Shown: positions 28,550 through 37,972 of the stretch, piece by piece
Layout: the number at the start of each line of letters is the position of its first letter
Position numbering within the stretch: the first letter of the stretch is position 1
Assembly (NCBI GenBank): GCA_964491395.1
Contig: CAZBGI010000010.1
Coordinates: forward strand, 2,269 to 66,268
From: an uncultured Bacteroidales bacterium
GTDB lineage: Bacteria; Bacteroidota; Bacteroidia; Bacteroidales; UBA7960
Direction of reading: 5' to 3'
DNA: 64,000 bases
Position numbers and translations under genes: made by a program
Notes under the pieces: generated by a model
What the model saw: only the letters and a program-made list of their open reading frames with translations
The model's database searches: none
What the model was told of the DNA's origin: nothing

Positions 28550-30685
28550 TCAAAACCTGATACGCATCTGGGCTTTAATCTCTGTTCTTGTATTGCCTTC
28601 TGTAAGATCCTGTCCGCTTCCGACTTCATGACGGTTGGTATAAATAGTTTGAGCGAGTCTGGCCTGCAGATCAATATTCCTGTTGACCCTGTAGCGGGCT
28701 ACAATATAGGCTCTGTGCCCTTTGTATGAATAAAAGGGGAAAGCGAATGCATACAAGACATCATTCTCGTAGGCATAGATACGGGCATCAAATCCATCGG
28801 TGTCGAAAATGGCATATCGTGCTGTGATGACCCACGGACTGGCAAAATTGCGGTAAGCAACATCCTGGTATATGAGAAAACCCTGCTGATGGTTGCTGCC
28901 ATGACGAAAGTCAATCCATTCCAAACGGTTTTTAAAAGTAAAGGAGGGGGAAACAAGGTAACTGATATGCAGCCGTATGTTCTGCCGCATTACATCCTCC
29001 ACATACCTGATAGTGGCAGGTTCGGGAGCGTTTAGAGGTTTGTTCTTTATCCGGTAGCGGGCATACATCTCGATTTCTCGTTCCGGCCTGTAATTAACCT
29101 GGGCCAGGTAATCATATCCACGCGAAGGGGTATAGGTGCGGAATTTCATCCAGGGAAAGGAAAAATGATCGGCATACGCATTTATCGACCATTCTTTTGA
29201 TAATCTTGATGTGATACCTATATACAGTCCGTTTTCATTGCTCACCCTTGTGTTCTCTGAAACAGCAACACTCAGCAGAGATTGATAATCGGGGGTGAAT
29301 TTGCGATGCACCAGGCTCAGGCTCAATCGTGGATCCAGGCTCATCATAACTCCGTTAAGCAAAGCGTAACCTCCGCTTTCACTGGTGGCAAACTCGCCGA
29401 AAATATTGAAATTCCGATAGATATAATTATAGTCTAACCCTGCTGCCCAGTTGGTTTGTTTGTTCAGATCAAACTGGTTATAAAAGGAAAGGTTGCGTTG
29501 GAATTCAGCACCCAGTTCCATGTAATAGCCGGTGACTCCTACCTGAAAATTTTGCCTTCTCCATGTCAGATTGGAACCCATGAATTTTTCCCGGACCGAG
29601 TTTTTGTTCTCCAGCTCCCGGGGAGTGCGGTGCAGGCCGGTTTGCTGTAAACTGGTAATAACAAGGGCTTGCTGGCTTATGGTATCTGTTTGCAGTACAT
29701 TGGCATCCCTGTATTTGTTGGAGTAAAAAGCAGTTAATTCCAGGTCTCCCAGCCGGATGGTTGTCCCGGCACCACGCATAAAGTTGTTTTCATCTACCGA
29801 AGTGTATTGCCTTAATCCCAACCCGTTTTTCTTAACATTCACGGCTTCACTGCTTTTGCCAAATGCCAGTCCCGACCAAAGTGTGAGTCCTTGTCCGAAT
29901 TGCACCTGGTAGTCGCCTATTGCAAAAGTTTTGATATTTCCAACATCCCGCAAATAAAAATGAGCGGAATAATAATCAAATCCCTGGGTTTGACTTCCCT
30001 GAAAAAACTCCTCCCCGGGATCTTTTTCCGCAGTAATGCCTATACTTATATTATTGTAATAGGTAAACCTGTATCTTGAGTAAAGTCTGAAGGGACTGCC
30101 CAGGTATCTCGCATTGGGATTGGCTTCTAATTCCCCGGGTTCCATGGACGAAAATCCTCTTTGTTCTTCCAACAACTGCTGGAAACGCAAAAAATACTGG
30201 TTGTTTCCTCTTTGAAGAATATCGCTTATTTTAAAAACCCTTCCCTCTACGGTCTCTTCTACCATCACATAAGGAGAGATCTGTTCAATAATTTCAGGAG
30301 TGAACCCATCAATGGTCTGCAATTCCATCAGACTGATAAGATTGCCAAAACGCTGGCGATGCAAAATGAGGTTGTTGATTTGAATTTCAGAGAGGAAAAA
30401 AATCCGTCTTAAATCTTCTGCCGAGGCATCATTCAAATTAATGGGCTGTTGCCGCAGCATTTCTAGCTCCTCAATAAGCTCGGAGGCATCTATCTCTTGC
30501 TCACTTTCTTCAATCAGAGATTCTATCCGTTGATGAAACTCTTCCTCCTCAACAGGTTGTTCGGGGGGTGGTTCTTCTTCAGTATTCTGGGCATGCAAAG
30601 CGGTTACAGAGAAAATCAGCACCACAAGCGGCAGCCAACGCAGATTTTGCATGATTTTTCCGGGCTTTATACGCATTCTCAGCAT
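28550..30685 (-). CDS. Helix-hairpin-helix (ComEA-like) domain protein fused to a large predicted outer-membrane beta-barrel
   Basis: Signal peptide (..LIFSVTALHAQ) and an acidic linker. The HhH-like region is INLNDASAEDLRRIFFLSEIQINNLILHRQRFGNLISLMELQTIDGFTPEIIEQISPYV. About 550 aa then show amphipathic strand periodicity, ending in ..MRIRF. Confidence 0.6.
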   Translation of the reverse strand: MLRMRIKPGKIMQNLRWLPLVVLIFSVTALHAQNTEEEPPPEQPVEEEEFHQRIESLIEESEQEIDASELIEELEMLRQQPINLNDASAEDLRRIFFLSEIQINNLILHRQRFGNLISLMELQTIDGFTPEIIEQISPYVMVEETVEGRVFKISDILQRGNNQYFLRFQQLLEEQRGFSSMEPGELEANPNARYLGSPFRLYSRYRFTYYNNISIGITAEKDPGEEFFQGSQTQGFDYYSAHFYLRDVGNIKTFAIGDYQVQFGQGLTLWSGLAFGKSSEAVNVKKNGLGLRQYTSVDENNFMRGAGTTIRLGDLELTAFYSNKYRDANVLQTDTISQQALVITSLQQTGLHRTPRELENKNSVREKFMGSNLTWRRQNFQVGVTGYYMELGAEFQRNLSFYNQFDLNKQTNWAAGLDYNYIYRNFNIFGEFATSESGGYALLNGVMMSLDPRLSLSLVHRKFTPDYQSLLSVAVSENTRVSNENGLYIGITSRLSKEWSINAYADHFSFPWMKFRTYTPSRGYDYLAQVNYRPEREIEMYARYRIKNKPLNAPEPATIRYVEDVMRQNIRLHISYLVSPSFTFKNRLEWIDFRHGSNHQQGFLIYQDVAYRNFASPWVITARYAIFDTDGFDARIYAYENDVLYAFAFPFYSYKGHRAYIVARYRVNRNIDLQARLAQTIYTNRHEVGSGQDLTEGNTRTEIKAQMRIRF

Positions 30686-31503
30686 TATTTGAAATTATAG
30701 ATAAAACTAATTTGCGGAGAATAGCCTAAAATATGGTGATAGGAGGTGGCCAGGTCGATGTTGAGATTTCCCTGCTCCAGTCCGAAACCAAAAGCGTTGG
30801 TCATGGGGTTGGTCCCGATTCCTCCTCTCAGGTAAACAGGGTCGGTAATGTGGTATTCAATTCCGGCTTTCAACACAGGATCGAGGTTCACACTTTTTTC
30901 GGCCTCCAGAATAACCATTACCCTATCGGAAAACTCATAGGCCAGCCCGGTTTTAAAAATGGTAGGAATTCTTTCATCGGCAAAATCGCTGATTCTGGCC
31001 CTGGTGGGATTGAAAAGATGGGCTCCGATGCTGAGTTGGGGTAAAATATGATAGATAACTCCCAGCTCGAAAGTTATGTTTCCTTTGTTTCCGTAATCTT
31101 CTCCAATTCCGGTATGATGGTAATTGAGCTGAAGCCCGGTGGATAACCTTTCACCGAATTCTCTTCCGTAAGCTATGCCCACCTTGGTTTCATTATACAG
31201 ATCGAATCCGAAATAGGTAAAACTTACTCCAAACACCCCTGAACGGGTAGGAAGCACAAAGGCACCTGCCCCAAAGCTAAGCTCTTCAACCAGAAACCGA
31301 TTTTCAAAATACACTCCGGCAGCCATTTTTTCCAGCCTGGAAAGTCCGGCCTGGTTATGACTGATGGCCCAGAAATCATATAGTGTTACCGAGGCATTGC
31401 CCATACCGGCAGCTCTTCCTCCAAAAGGATAATTGTCATTGGCGGCATGTGAATTGCATGCTGCGAGGAGGAAGAGAAGCGTAAGTGCAGAAATTTTTCT
31501 CAT
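30685..31503 (-). CDS. Small outer-membrane beta-barrel protein (PorV/PorQ/FadL-like N-terminal motif)
   Basis: Signal peptide, GGRAAGMGNASV...HNQAGL motif and alternating strand pattern. Its stop overlaps the start of the next gene (TAATG at 30683-30687). Confidence 0.5.
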   Translation of the reverse strand: MRKISALTLLFLLAACNSHAANDNYPFGGRAAGMGNASVTLYDFWAISHNQAGLSRLEKMAAGVYFENRFLVEELSFGAGAFVLPTRSGVFGVSFTYFGFDLYNETKVGIAYGREFGERLSTGLQLNYHHTGIGEDYGNKGNITFELGVIYHILPQLSIGAHLFNPTRARISDFADERIPTIFKTGLAYEFSDRVMVILEAEKSVNLDPVLKAGIEYHITDPVYLRGGIGTNPMTNAFGFGLEQGNLNIDLATSYHHILGYSPQISFIYNFK

Positions 31504-31718
31504 GTTCAGGATGTGTTGGTTTGCTGCAATTGCTATAATCCATGGGCCTTGGATGGTATTCTCCTGTTTCGAAAATTTGGTTGGGGTATCTATTGCAAGT
31601 TACAATATTTTTTTAAGTGTTTTAAGAACTTTTTTCATCGTTTCATGTTGAGCATCCATCCATGCCTTACAGTCCTGCATGAGTACCGACAGATACTTAT
31701 GTAAATAGAAAAAATTTT

Positions 31719-31726
31719 TACCTTTG
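31719..31726 (+). promoter_or_regulatory. Bacteroidota-type -7 promoter box upstream of purK
   Basis: TACCTTTG (exact TAnnTTTG), 27 nt upstream of the ATG at 31753. Confidence 0.45.
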
Positions 31727-31752
31727 CCGGTATTGACAATGCTGTAAAAAAT

Positions 31753-32913
31753 ATGAAAAATTACTTTTCCTCAAAAGATATTAAAATCGGTATATTGGGT
31801 GGCGGTCAACTGGGAAAAATGTTGTTGGATGTAGCCCGTCGGTATGATTTATTTACCCGTGTTCTCGACCCTTCGGCAGATGCTCCCTGTGCCATTGGTT
31901 GCAAGGAATTTGTTCAAGGTAGCTTCAATGACTATGAAACGGTAATGGCGTTTGGTGCCGATTGTGACGTGTTGACCATAGAAATTGAAAGTGTAAACAC
32001 ACGGGCTTTAAAAGAACTACAGGCCCAAGGCAAAAAGGTGTTTCCTCAGCCCGAAATCGTGGAACTGATTCAAAATAAAGTGCTGCAAAAGCAGTTTTAT
32101 GATGACCACCAGCTTCCTACAGCACCCTGGTTTGGTTTTAAGAACAAAACCGAAATGAAAAAGAAAATAGAGAAGCATTCTTTTCATCTGCCTTTCGTCT
32201 GGAAAGCAGCAACAGGAGGATACGACGGAAGAGGGGTAGTGGTGGTGAGAAATATGAAGGAACTGGAAGAAATTCCAGATGTCCCGGGGTTGATTGAAGA
32301 ATTGGCTGCCATAGAACACGAGATTGCCTTGGTAGCAGCAAGAAACCAGGCTGGAGAAGTATCTTCTTTCCCACCCGTAGAAATGTCGTTTCATCCGGTG
32401 GCTAACCTGGTAGAGTATGTGTTTTGTCCTGCCCAATTATCGGATGCAAAACTTGAACAGGCTTCCCGCCTTGCTTTATCATTGGTTGATAAACTCGGCA
32501 TCGTGGGAGTATTGGCCGTAGAGATGTTTGTCAACAAAGACGGGGAAATCTGGATCAATGAATGTGCCCCCAGGGTGCATAATAGCGGACACCTGACCAT
32601 TGAGGCCTGCATTACCTCTCAGTTTGAGCAGCACCTGCGAGCTATCCTGGACTTTCCACTGGGAAGTACAAAACAAATCAGACCCGCTGTAATGGTAAAT
32701 CTTACCGGTGAGGATGGATTTACCGGCCCTGTGTATTATGAGGGAGCAGAAAAAATGCTGGCCACCCAAGGGGCTTATATGCATCTGTATGGCAAAACGG
32801 AAACCCGACCCTTTAGAAAAATGGGCCATGTAACCCTTACCGCAGAAACACTTGAAATAGCCAGGGAAAACGCCCTGAAAGTAAAGGAGATAATGAAGGT
32901 TAAGAGCGTTTAA
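31753..32913 (+). CDS. purK: N5-carboxyaminoimidazole ribonucleotide synthase
   Basis: ATP-grasp fold; IGILGGGQLGKM N-terminus; adjacent to purE. Confidence 0.92.
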   Translation: MKNYFSSKDIKIGILGGGQLGKMLLDVARRYDLFTRVLDPSADAPCAIGCKEFVQGSFNDYETVMAFGADCDVLTIEIESVNTRALKELQAQGKKVFPQPEIVELIQNKVLQKQFYDDHQLPTAPWFGFKNKTEMKKKIEKHSFHLPFVWKAATGGYDGRGVVVVRNMKELEEIPDVPGLIEELAAIEHEIALVAARNQAGEVSSFPPVEMSFHPVANLVEYVFCPAQLSDAKLEQASRLALSLVDKLGIVGVLAVEMFVNKDGEIWINECAPRVHNSGHLTIEACITSQFEQHLRAILDFPLGSTKQIRPAVMVNLTGEDGFTGPVYYEGAEKMLATQGAYMHLYGKTETRPFRKMGHVTLTAETLEIARENALKVKEIMKVKSV

Positions 32914-33000
32914 TAGTTGATAGTAAATAGTTACCAGGGGAAGCGCAATCAGCGCAATGGGTAGAGATGAGCGAACAGAAGCAAGAGATTCGTGACAAGA

Positions 33001-33034
33001 GAGTAGAGGCGAGAGAATAGAGAATAGTGAAAAG
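33001..33034 (+). repeat. Purine-rich dispersed repeat, copy A (purK-purE spacer)
   Basis: GAGTAGAGgcgAGAGAATAGAGAATAGTGAAAAG. The core 33012-33034 matches 34664-34683 at 20 of 23 positions, with one 3-nt gap. Confidence 0.7.
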
Positions 33035-33079
33035 AAGAAAATAAAACATATCAAGTAACTCAATAACTAAAATGTAGGC

Positions 33080-33574
33080 ATGAAAAAAGTAGCCATTGTA
33101 ATGGGAAGTTCCTCTGATTTGAGAGTGATGGAAGAGGCGGTAAAGGTGCTTCGCGAGCTGGAAATAGAAGTAGAGGTAGACATTGTTTCAGCGCATCGTA
33201 CACCGCAAAAGATGTTTGATTTTGCTGCACAGGCACATGAAAGAGGTATTCAGGTAATTATTGCCGGTGCCGGAGGAGCTGCACACTTGCCGGGTATGAT
33301 AGCCTCTTTAACACCCCTGCCGGTTATTGGTGTGCCAGTGAAATCTTCCAACAGTATTGATGGCTGGGATTCTGTACTTTCCATTTTACAGATGCCGGCA
33401 GGTGTGCCAGTGGCGACTGTAGCACTGGATGGGGCCAGAAATGCAGGCATTCTGGCAGCACAAATTCTGGGTGCCGGAGATGAGGCTGTAAGAAACAGAA
33501 TTATCCGGTTTAAAAAAGGACTGGAAGAAAAAGTTAATATCATGAGCGAGGAAACAAGGACTCAATTTGATTAA
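33080..33574 (+). CDS. purE: N5-carboxyaminoimidazole ribonucleotide mutase
   Basis: GSSSD and [10 protein letters not shown] motifs; 164 aa. Confidence 0.95.
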   Translation: MKKVAIVMGSSSDLRVMEEAVKVLRELEIEVEVDIVSAHRTPQKMFDFAAQAHERGIQVIIAGAGGAAHLPGMIASLTPLPVIGVPVKSSNSIDGWDSVLSILQMPAGVPVATVALDGARNAGILAAQILGAGDEAVRNRIIRFKKGLEEKVNIMSEETRTQFD

Positions 33575-33686
33575 GTGGGTTTTTTTGTTTAAACGAATCA
33601 ATCAGTTCGATGGCCTCGTTTTTGTTGAGGAGGTAGGTATAATAAATGATACTCAATATTTTCGGACATATCAAAACATATTTATT

Positions 33687-34664
33687 ATGAACAATACACA
33701 GAAACAGCTGGAAGAAGCATCAGTAATTGCTTTGCGCGATTGCATGGGACTGCAGAAAGAAGAAACCCTTTTGATTGTTACAGACGAAATAAAACGTGAA
33801 ATCGGCATTGCTTTGCACGAAGCCGGAAAGGAATTATGCAAGGAGTCGGTTTTGGTTGAGATACAATCCCGTGAAGTCAACGGTCAGGAACCTCCTGTAT
33901 ATATAGCAGAAATGATGAAAAAGGTAGATGTGGTAGTTTGCCCCACAGCCAAATCACTCACCCACACCGATGCACGTCGCAATGCAGTAAAAGAGGGGGT
34001 AAGAGTGGGGACGATGCCCGGTATCACAATAGACACCATGGCCCGTTGTCTGAGTGCCGATTATGATAAAATTATTGGCCTTACTCACCACCTGGCCCAA
34101 AAGCTGGAAGGAGTTTCCAGTATCAGGGTTACCACTGAGAAGGGTACAGATATCACCATGCCGGTTAAAGACAGGAAAATCATTCCCAGTACAGGAGTGC
34201 TTAAAAATAAAGGTGAAAGTGGCAATCTTCCTTCCGGTGAAGTATTCCTTGCCCCCTGGGAGGATGGCTCCAATGGTACAGTAGTGATTGATGGCTCCAT
34301 GGCAGGAGTGGGTGTTATTGTTGAACCGATTGAAATAGAGGTAGTCAACGGTTATGCCGAACAAATCAAAGGAGGTATTGAATCTCAGAAACTCATTGAC
34401 CTTTTTGAAAAATCAGGACGTGATGCCCGGGCTGTTGCAGAATTTGGGATTGGAACCAATTACAAAGCCCAACTCACCGGAATGATCCTGGAAGATGAAA
34501 AGGTTTTAGGTACCATTCATATTGCTTTTGGTAATAACCTAACCATGGGAGGGAAAATCGCTGTCAACAGTCATCTCGATGGCCTGGTTACAGAACCTAA
34601 TGTTTGGTTCGACGACGAACTGATTATGGAAAAAGGAAAGATGGTGGGGTATTCTATAGAGTAG
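33687..34664 (+). CDS. M29-family (AmpS / aminopeptidase T-like) aminopeptidase
   Basis: LPSGEVFLAP, AEFGIGTN and GTIHIAFGNN segments. The ATG at 33687 (MNNTQKQLEE) is preferred over the track start at 33567. Confidence 0.7.
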   Translation: MNNTQKQLEEASVIALRDCMGLQKEETLLIVTDEIKREIGIALHEAGKELCKESVLVEIQSREVNGQEPPVYIAEMMKKVDVVVCPTAKSLTHTDARRNAVKEGVRVGTMPGITIDTMARCLSADYDKIIGLTHHLAQKLEGVSSIRVTTEKGTDITMPVKDRKIIPSTGVLKNKGESGNLPSGEVFLAPWEDGSNGTVVIDGSMAGVGVIVEPIEIEVVNGYAEQIKGGIESQKLIDLFEKSGRDARAVAEFGIGTNYKAQLTGMILEDEKVLGTIHIAFGNNLTMGGKIAVNSHLDGLVTEPNVWFDDELIMEKGKMVGYSIE

Positions 34665-34695
34665 AGAATAGATAGTGAAAAGTGAAAAGTGAATA
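34660..34695 (+). repeat. Purine-rich dispersed repeat, copy B, followed by (AGTGAAA)x3 tandem heptamers
   Basis: GAGTAGAGAATAGATAGTGAAAAG (34660-83) overlaps the aminopeptidase stop codon. AGTGAAA AGTGAAA AGTGAAT lies at 34675-34695. Confidence 0.7.
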
Positions 34696-34765
34696 GAGAC
34701 AAGGCAATGTCCAGGATAACAACCATCAAACTATAAACGCTGAAGGGTAAATTAAAAACTATAAA

Positions 34766-35422
34766 ATGAGAATATCCAAAAAGGCACGTTTTGCGTATGT
34801 GCTGGATTATTTTATGAAGAATCAGCCTATAGCAGAAACGGAATTGAAATATACCAATCCGTATGAGTTGCTGGTGGCGGTTATTCTTTCAGCCCAGTGT
34901 ACTGATAAGCGGGTCAATATGATTACTCCGCCTTTTTTTGAGCGGTTTCCCACGGCAGAAAGCCTTGCAGAAGCAGAAGTGGAGGAAATTTTTGAATATA
35001 TCAGGAGCTGCTCATATCCCAATAACAAGTCCAAAAACCTCCTGGGAATGGCTCAAAAGCTTACCACCGAATTTGGCGGGGTAGTACCGCAAGATGTGGA
35101 TGAATTGCAGAAACTTCCCGGGGTGGGACGCAAAACAGCCAATGTGATTGCATCGGTAGTTTACAGCAAACCTGCGTTGGCTGTCGATACGCATGTTTTC
35201 AGGGTTTCGGCACGTATTGGTCTTACTACCAATGCCAAAACTCCTCTCGAGACGGAACGACAGCTTTTGAAATATATCCCCGAAGATTTGGTTGCCATTG
35301 CTCACCACTGGCTGATTCTGCATGGCCGCTATGTTTGCCTGGCCCGCAAACCCAAATGTGAGCAATGTCCGTTGACTGAGGTTTGCAGGTTTTATCTCAA
35401 GGAAAAGAAAATGGCCTTGTAG
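34766..35422 (+). CDS. nth: Endonuclease III
   Basis: HhH-GPD motif LPGVGRKTANV and a C-terminal C-x6-C-x2-C-x5-C Fe-S cluster loop (CLARKPKCEQCPLTEVC). Confidence 0.95.
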   Translation: MRISKKARFAYVLDYFMKNQPIAETELKYTNPYELLVAVILSAQCTDKRVNMITPPFFERFPTAESLAEAEVEEIFEYIRSCSYPNNKSKNLLGMAQKLTTEFGGVVPQDVDELQKLPGVGRKTANVIASVVYSKPALAVDTHVFRVSARIGLTTNAKTPLETERQLLKYIPEDLVAIAHHWLILHGRYVCLARKPKCEQCPLTEVCRFYLKEKKMAL

Positions 35423-35498
35423 CTTACGGGTTTTTTATCGTGATATTGGTTTATAAAGTGTGAAATAGCGCTGAATTTTGAAGAACCATAAGTTATAT

Positions 35499-35542
35499 AC
35501 AACCAGGGTTGCTATGCAGAATAGCAACCCTGGTTGTTTTTT
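35499..35542 (+). terminator. Intrinsic terminator after nth
   Basis: Perfect 17-bp stem ACAACCAGGGTTGCTAT (35499-35515) with ATAGCAACCCTGGTTGT (35521-35537), followed by a T run. Confidence 0.85.
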
Positions 35543-35559
35543 GAATACATATTTATTCA

Positions 35560-35772
35560 TTAAGCCATATCACTGCCTTTTACTTCAAATGATATTTTTG
35601 CATTGACGGCATAAGAAATAATTTTGTTGTTTTCTACATTTGCATTCATATGCTTAATGTAGATGGACTTAATGTTTTTAACGGTTTTACTTGCTTCAGC
35701 AAGTGCATTTTCCGTTGCTTCGGTAAATCCTTTATCCGATACTCCGATAACTTCAATTACTTTTACAATCAT
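35560..35772 (-). CDS. Dodecin-family flavin-binding protein
   Basis: 70 aa; MIVKVIEVIGVSDKGFTEATENALAEASKTVKNI... fits the dodecin pattern. AAAGGAG SD lies 7 nt upstream. Confidence 0.75.
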   Translation of the reverse strand: MIVKVIEVIGVSDKGFTEATENALAEASKTVKNIKSIYIKHMNANVENNKIISYAVNAKISFEVKGSDMA

Positions 35773-36022
35773 AATAGATCTCCTTTACATTTAAAAATTA
35801 ACAATCAAATTTGTTTTAAACGGTGAAAAAACCATACCAGCATAATGAAAAAACTCATTGACAAGTTATTTGCTGGTAAATAAAGCTTTTGCTACAATCT
35901 TCCTGGCTAATTACTTCTACAGTCTTGTAGAAATGTATCTACATCTTACACTGAATAATAATTTCAGAACGCTGCTTTCGCTGTAATTCTATTGCCAAGA
36001 CTCAGATAGCCTTTATTTCGTA

Positions 36023-36388
36023 TTATCCTTTTTTTATCCATTCTTTTGCGGCAATGGCTTGATTGCCCGGAAAATATCTTACTTCACCTGAGACAAAAGG
36101 CTTGCTTAATTGGGTTGTTTTCTCAACGACTGAGCTATCTCCAACAATGGCCAGCTTTTCCAGTTTTCTGATGTGTTTGAAAAATGTTTTAATATCTTCC
36201 CATAAGGCCTGAGGTTCCAACCCTTCAATGTCTTCAGGTTCAATTTCAAGATATACTTTTTGTGCATCATACTCCCTGGCATTTTTATCCAGTAAAGCAT
36301 TGAGTTTGTCATAATCACTTTTCTCTATTTTACCCTTCACCTTAAATGCTACCAGGTTGTGTTTTGTAAAATCAAGGATGGTAAACAT
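36023..36388 (-). CDS. STAS/SpoIIAA-like domain protein (DUF3478-like)
   Basis: MFTILDFTKHNLVAFKVKGKIEKSDYDKLNALLD... pattern. The ATG at 36388 is preferred over the track start at 36427. Confidence 0.6.
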   Translation of the reverse strand: MFTILDFTKHNLVAFKVKGKIEKSDYDKLNALLDKNAREYDAQKVYLEIEPEDIEGLEPQALWEDIKTFFKHIRKLEKLAIVGDSSVVEKTTQLSKPFVSGEVRYFPGNQAIAAKEWIKKG

Positions 36389-36410
36389 AATGACTTTTTT
36401 TATTTTTATT

Positions 36411-36803
36411 TTATCTGAATAGACCAATTACAGCGGCTATCATGAGTGCCAGAAGAAAAACCCAGAATATGGCACTGATCGCAAGCACCGGTAATTCCTC
36501 TTCTGCTTCCTCGGGAACAGCTTCTCCCGGAGGTCTGTTGGTGCGATAACGCGTTGGGGTAGCAGCAGCCAACAAAAGAGCGAATATGAGTATGACCAGT
36601 AATATGGGAGCCCAGGCAATTTCATAAAATGCTGGACCAAATGGTTGTACCCAATTCGATGCAGCTACTCCCGCCAAAATCAGGATTAATAAAAAGGTCC
36701 AGAAACTTCCCCATGGACCCGTAAACTTGAAAGCATAATAGAAAAAACCCGCTACAATGATTGCGAGAATAACACTGAATAAAATTTGAAAAAATACATA
36801 CAT
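36411..36803 (-). CDS. Hypothetical integral membrane protein (about 4 TM segments, Pro/Glu-rich loop)
   Basis: Strongly hydrophobic segments separated by RYRTNRPPGEAVPEEAEEE. No family recognised. Confidence 0.55.
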   Translation of the reverse strand: MYVFFQILFSVILAIIVAGFFYYAFKFTGPWGSFWTFLLILILAGVAASNWVQPFGPAFYEIAWAPILLVILIFALLLAAATPTRYRTNRPPGEAVPEEAEEELPVLAISAIFWVFLLALMIAAVIGLFR

Positions 36804-37254
36804 AGTTTTATGATTTTGAGGTGAATAATAATTGTTCCATTGGAACCAATATGATTATATCCGAATAAGAATTATTCTAATGAATTTATAAACCATGCCT
36901 TTGAAATTAATGTGCCATTAATAAAATGAAATTGCAACCGTGCGGTAAACAAGGATGGCAAGCTATTACCAATAGCATCAGATTATTTTTTTTGGGGAGG
37001 AACTTCTATAATACCTTTAATTCTGGGTAGTATTTTCTACATGATACCCCGGTTATCGTTGAAATCTAATCTTATGTTTTATCTTCATCAGTATATCTCT
37101 CAGGCGGAGTTCATAGAGTAATAAAGGTTTAAAGGTAATAGCAGGTGCAGCTCGAAAATGGATAAATAGCCCATGGTACAGAAATTGACCAATTACTATC
37201 ACCTTAATGATTTGAACATAAAATTTATTTGTAACCATTAAAAAATTAGTAATT

Positions 37255-37449
37255 ATGGCACTAAAAAAAGTTTGGATAGAAGAAGGATGTACGGCATGTG
37301 AATTATGCGTTGACATTTGTCCTGATGTATTTGAAATGGCTGATGATACTGCGATTGTAAAAGATGATGCAGATCTTGGTGTAAATAAGGATAGCATAAA
37401 AGAAGCTGCTGCCAGTTGCCCGGTAGAGGTTATTCAATATGAAGAATAA
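37255..37449 (+). CDS. Small single-cluster ferredoxin
   Basis: CTACELCVDICP (CxxCxxCxxxCP) plus a distal SCP; 64 aa. Confidence 0.85.
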   Translation: MALKKVWIEEGCTACELCVDICPDVFEMADDTAIVKDDADLGVNKDSIKEAAASCPVEVIQYEE

Positions 37450-37507
37450 GACTAATGCCGGATTTACCACAAATCAATGAATAGGAACGTAAAAATTAAG
37501 AAAAACA

Positions 37508-37957
37508 ATGGCACTAAACTTTTTAAAATTTGCAGAAGAAGGACAGCATTTTGTTAATGAATTGGCTGTTGAATTAGGGCATCCGGAAGAAACCGGCCGG
37601 ACAGGGATTTTGTTGCGGGCTGTATTGCATGTATTGCGTGAACGGTTAACCATTGCCGAGTCCTTCAATTTAATATCACAGTTGCCTATGGCCCTGAAAG
37701 GAATATATGCTGACAATTGGATTTTTCACGAAAAACCTCATAAAATGAAAACTAAGGAGGAATTTGCTGAAGAGGTGGAAAAATACCAGGCTCAGTATGG
37801 AGAGCAGGCATTCAATTGGAATAAGTCTACTGAGGAAATTATCCTTATCGTTCTCAGGGCATTGAACAAGTACATTTCCCGGGGTGAAATGGAGGATATT
37901 ATTGCACAAATGCCCCAGGACCTCAAAGCATTTTTCCGCGAAAGTATGAATCAATAA
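37508..37957 (+). CDS. DUF2267-family protein
   Basis: FVNELAVELGHPEETGRTGILLRAVLHVLRERLTIAES... is the typical DUF2267 repeat pattern. Confidence 0.7.
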   Translation: MALNFLKFAEEGQHFVNELAVELGHPEETGRTGILLRAVLHVLRERLTIAESFNLISQLPMALKGIYADNWIFHEKPHKMKTKEEFAEEVEKYQAQYGEQAFNWNKSTEEIILIVLRALNKYISRGEMEDIIAQMPQDLKAFFRESMNQ

Positions 37958-37972
37958 CCAAACCATTTTGTT

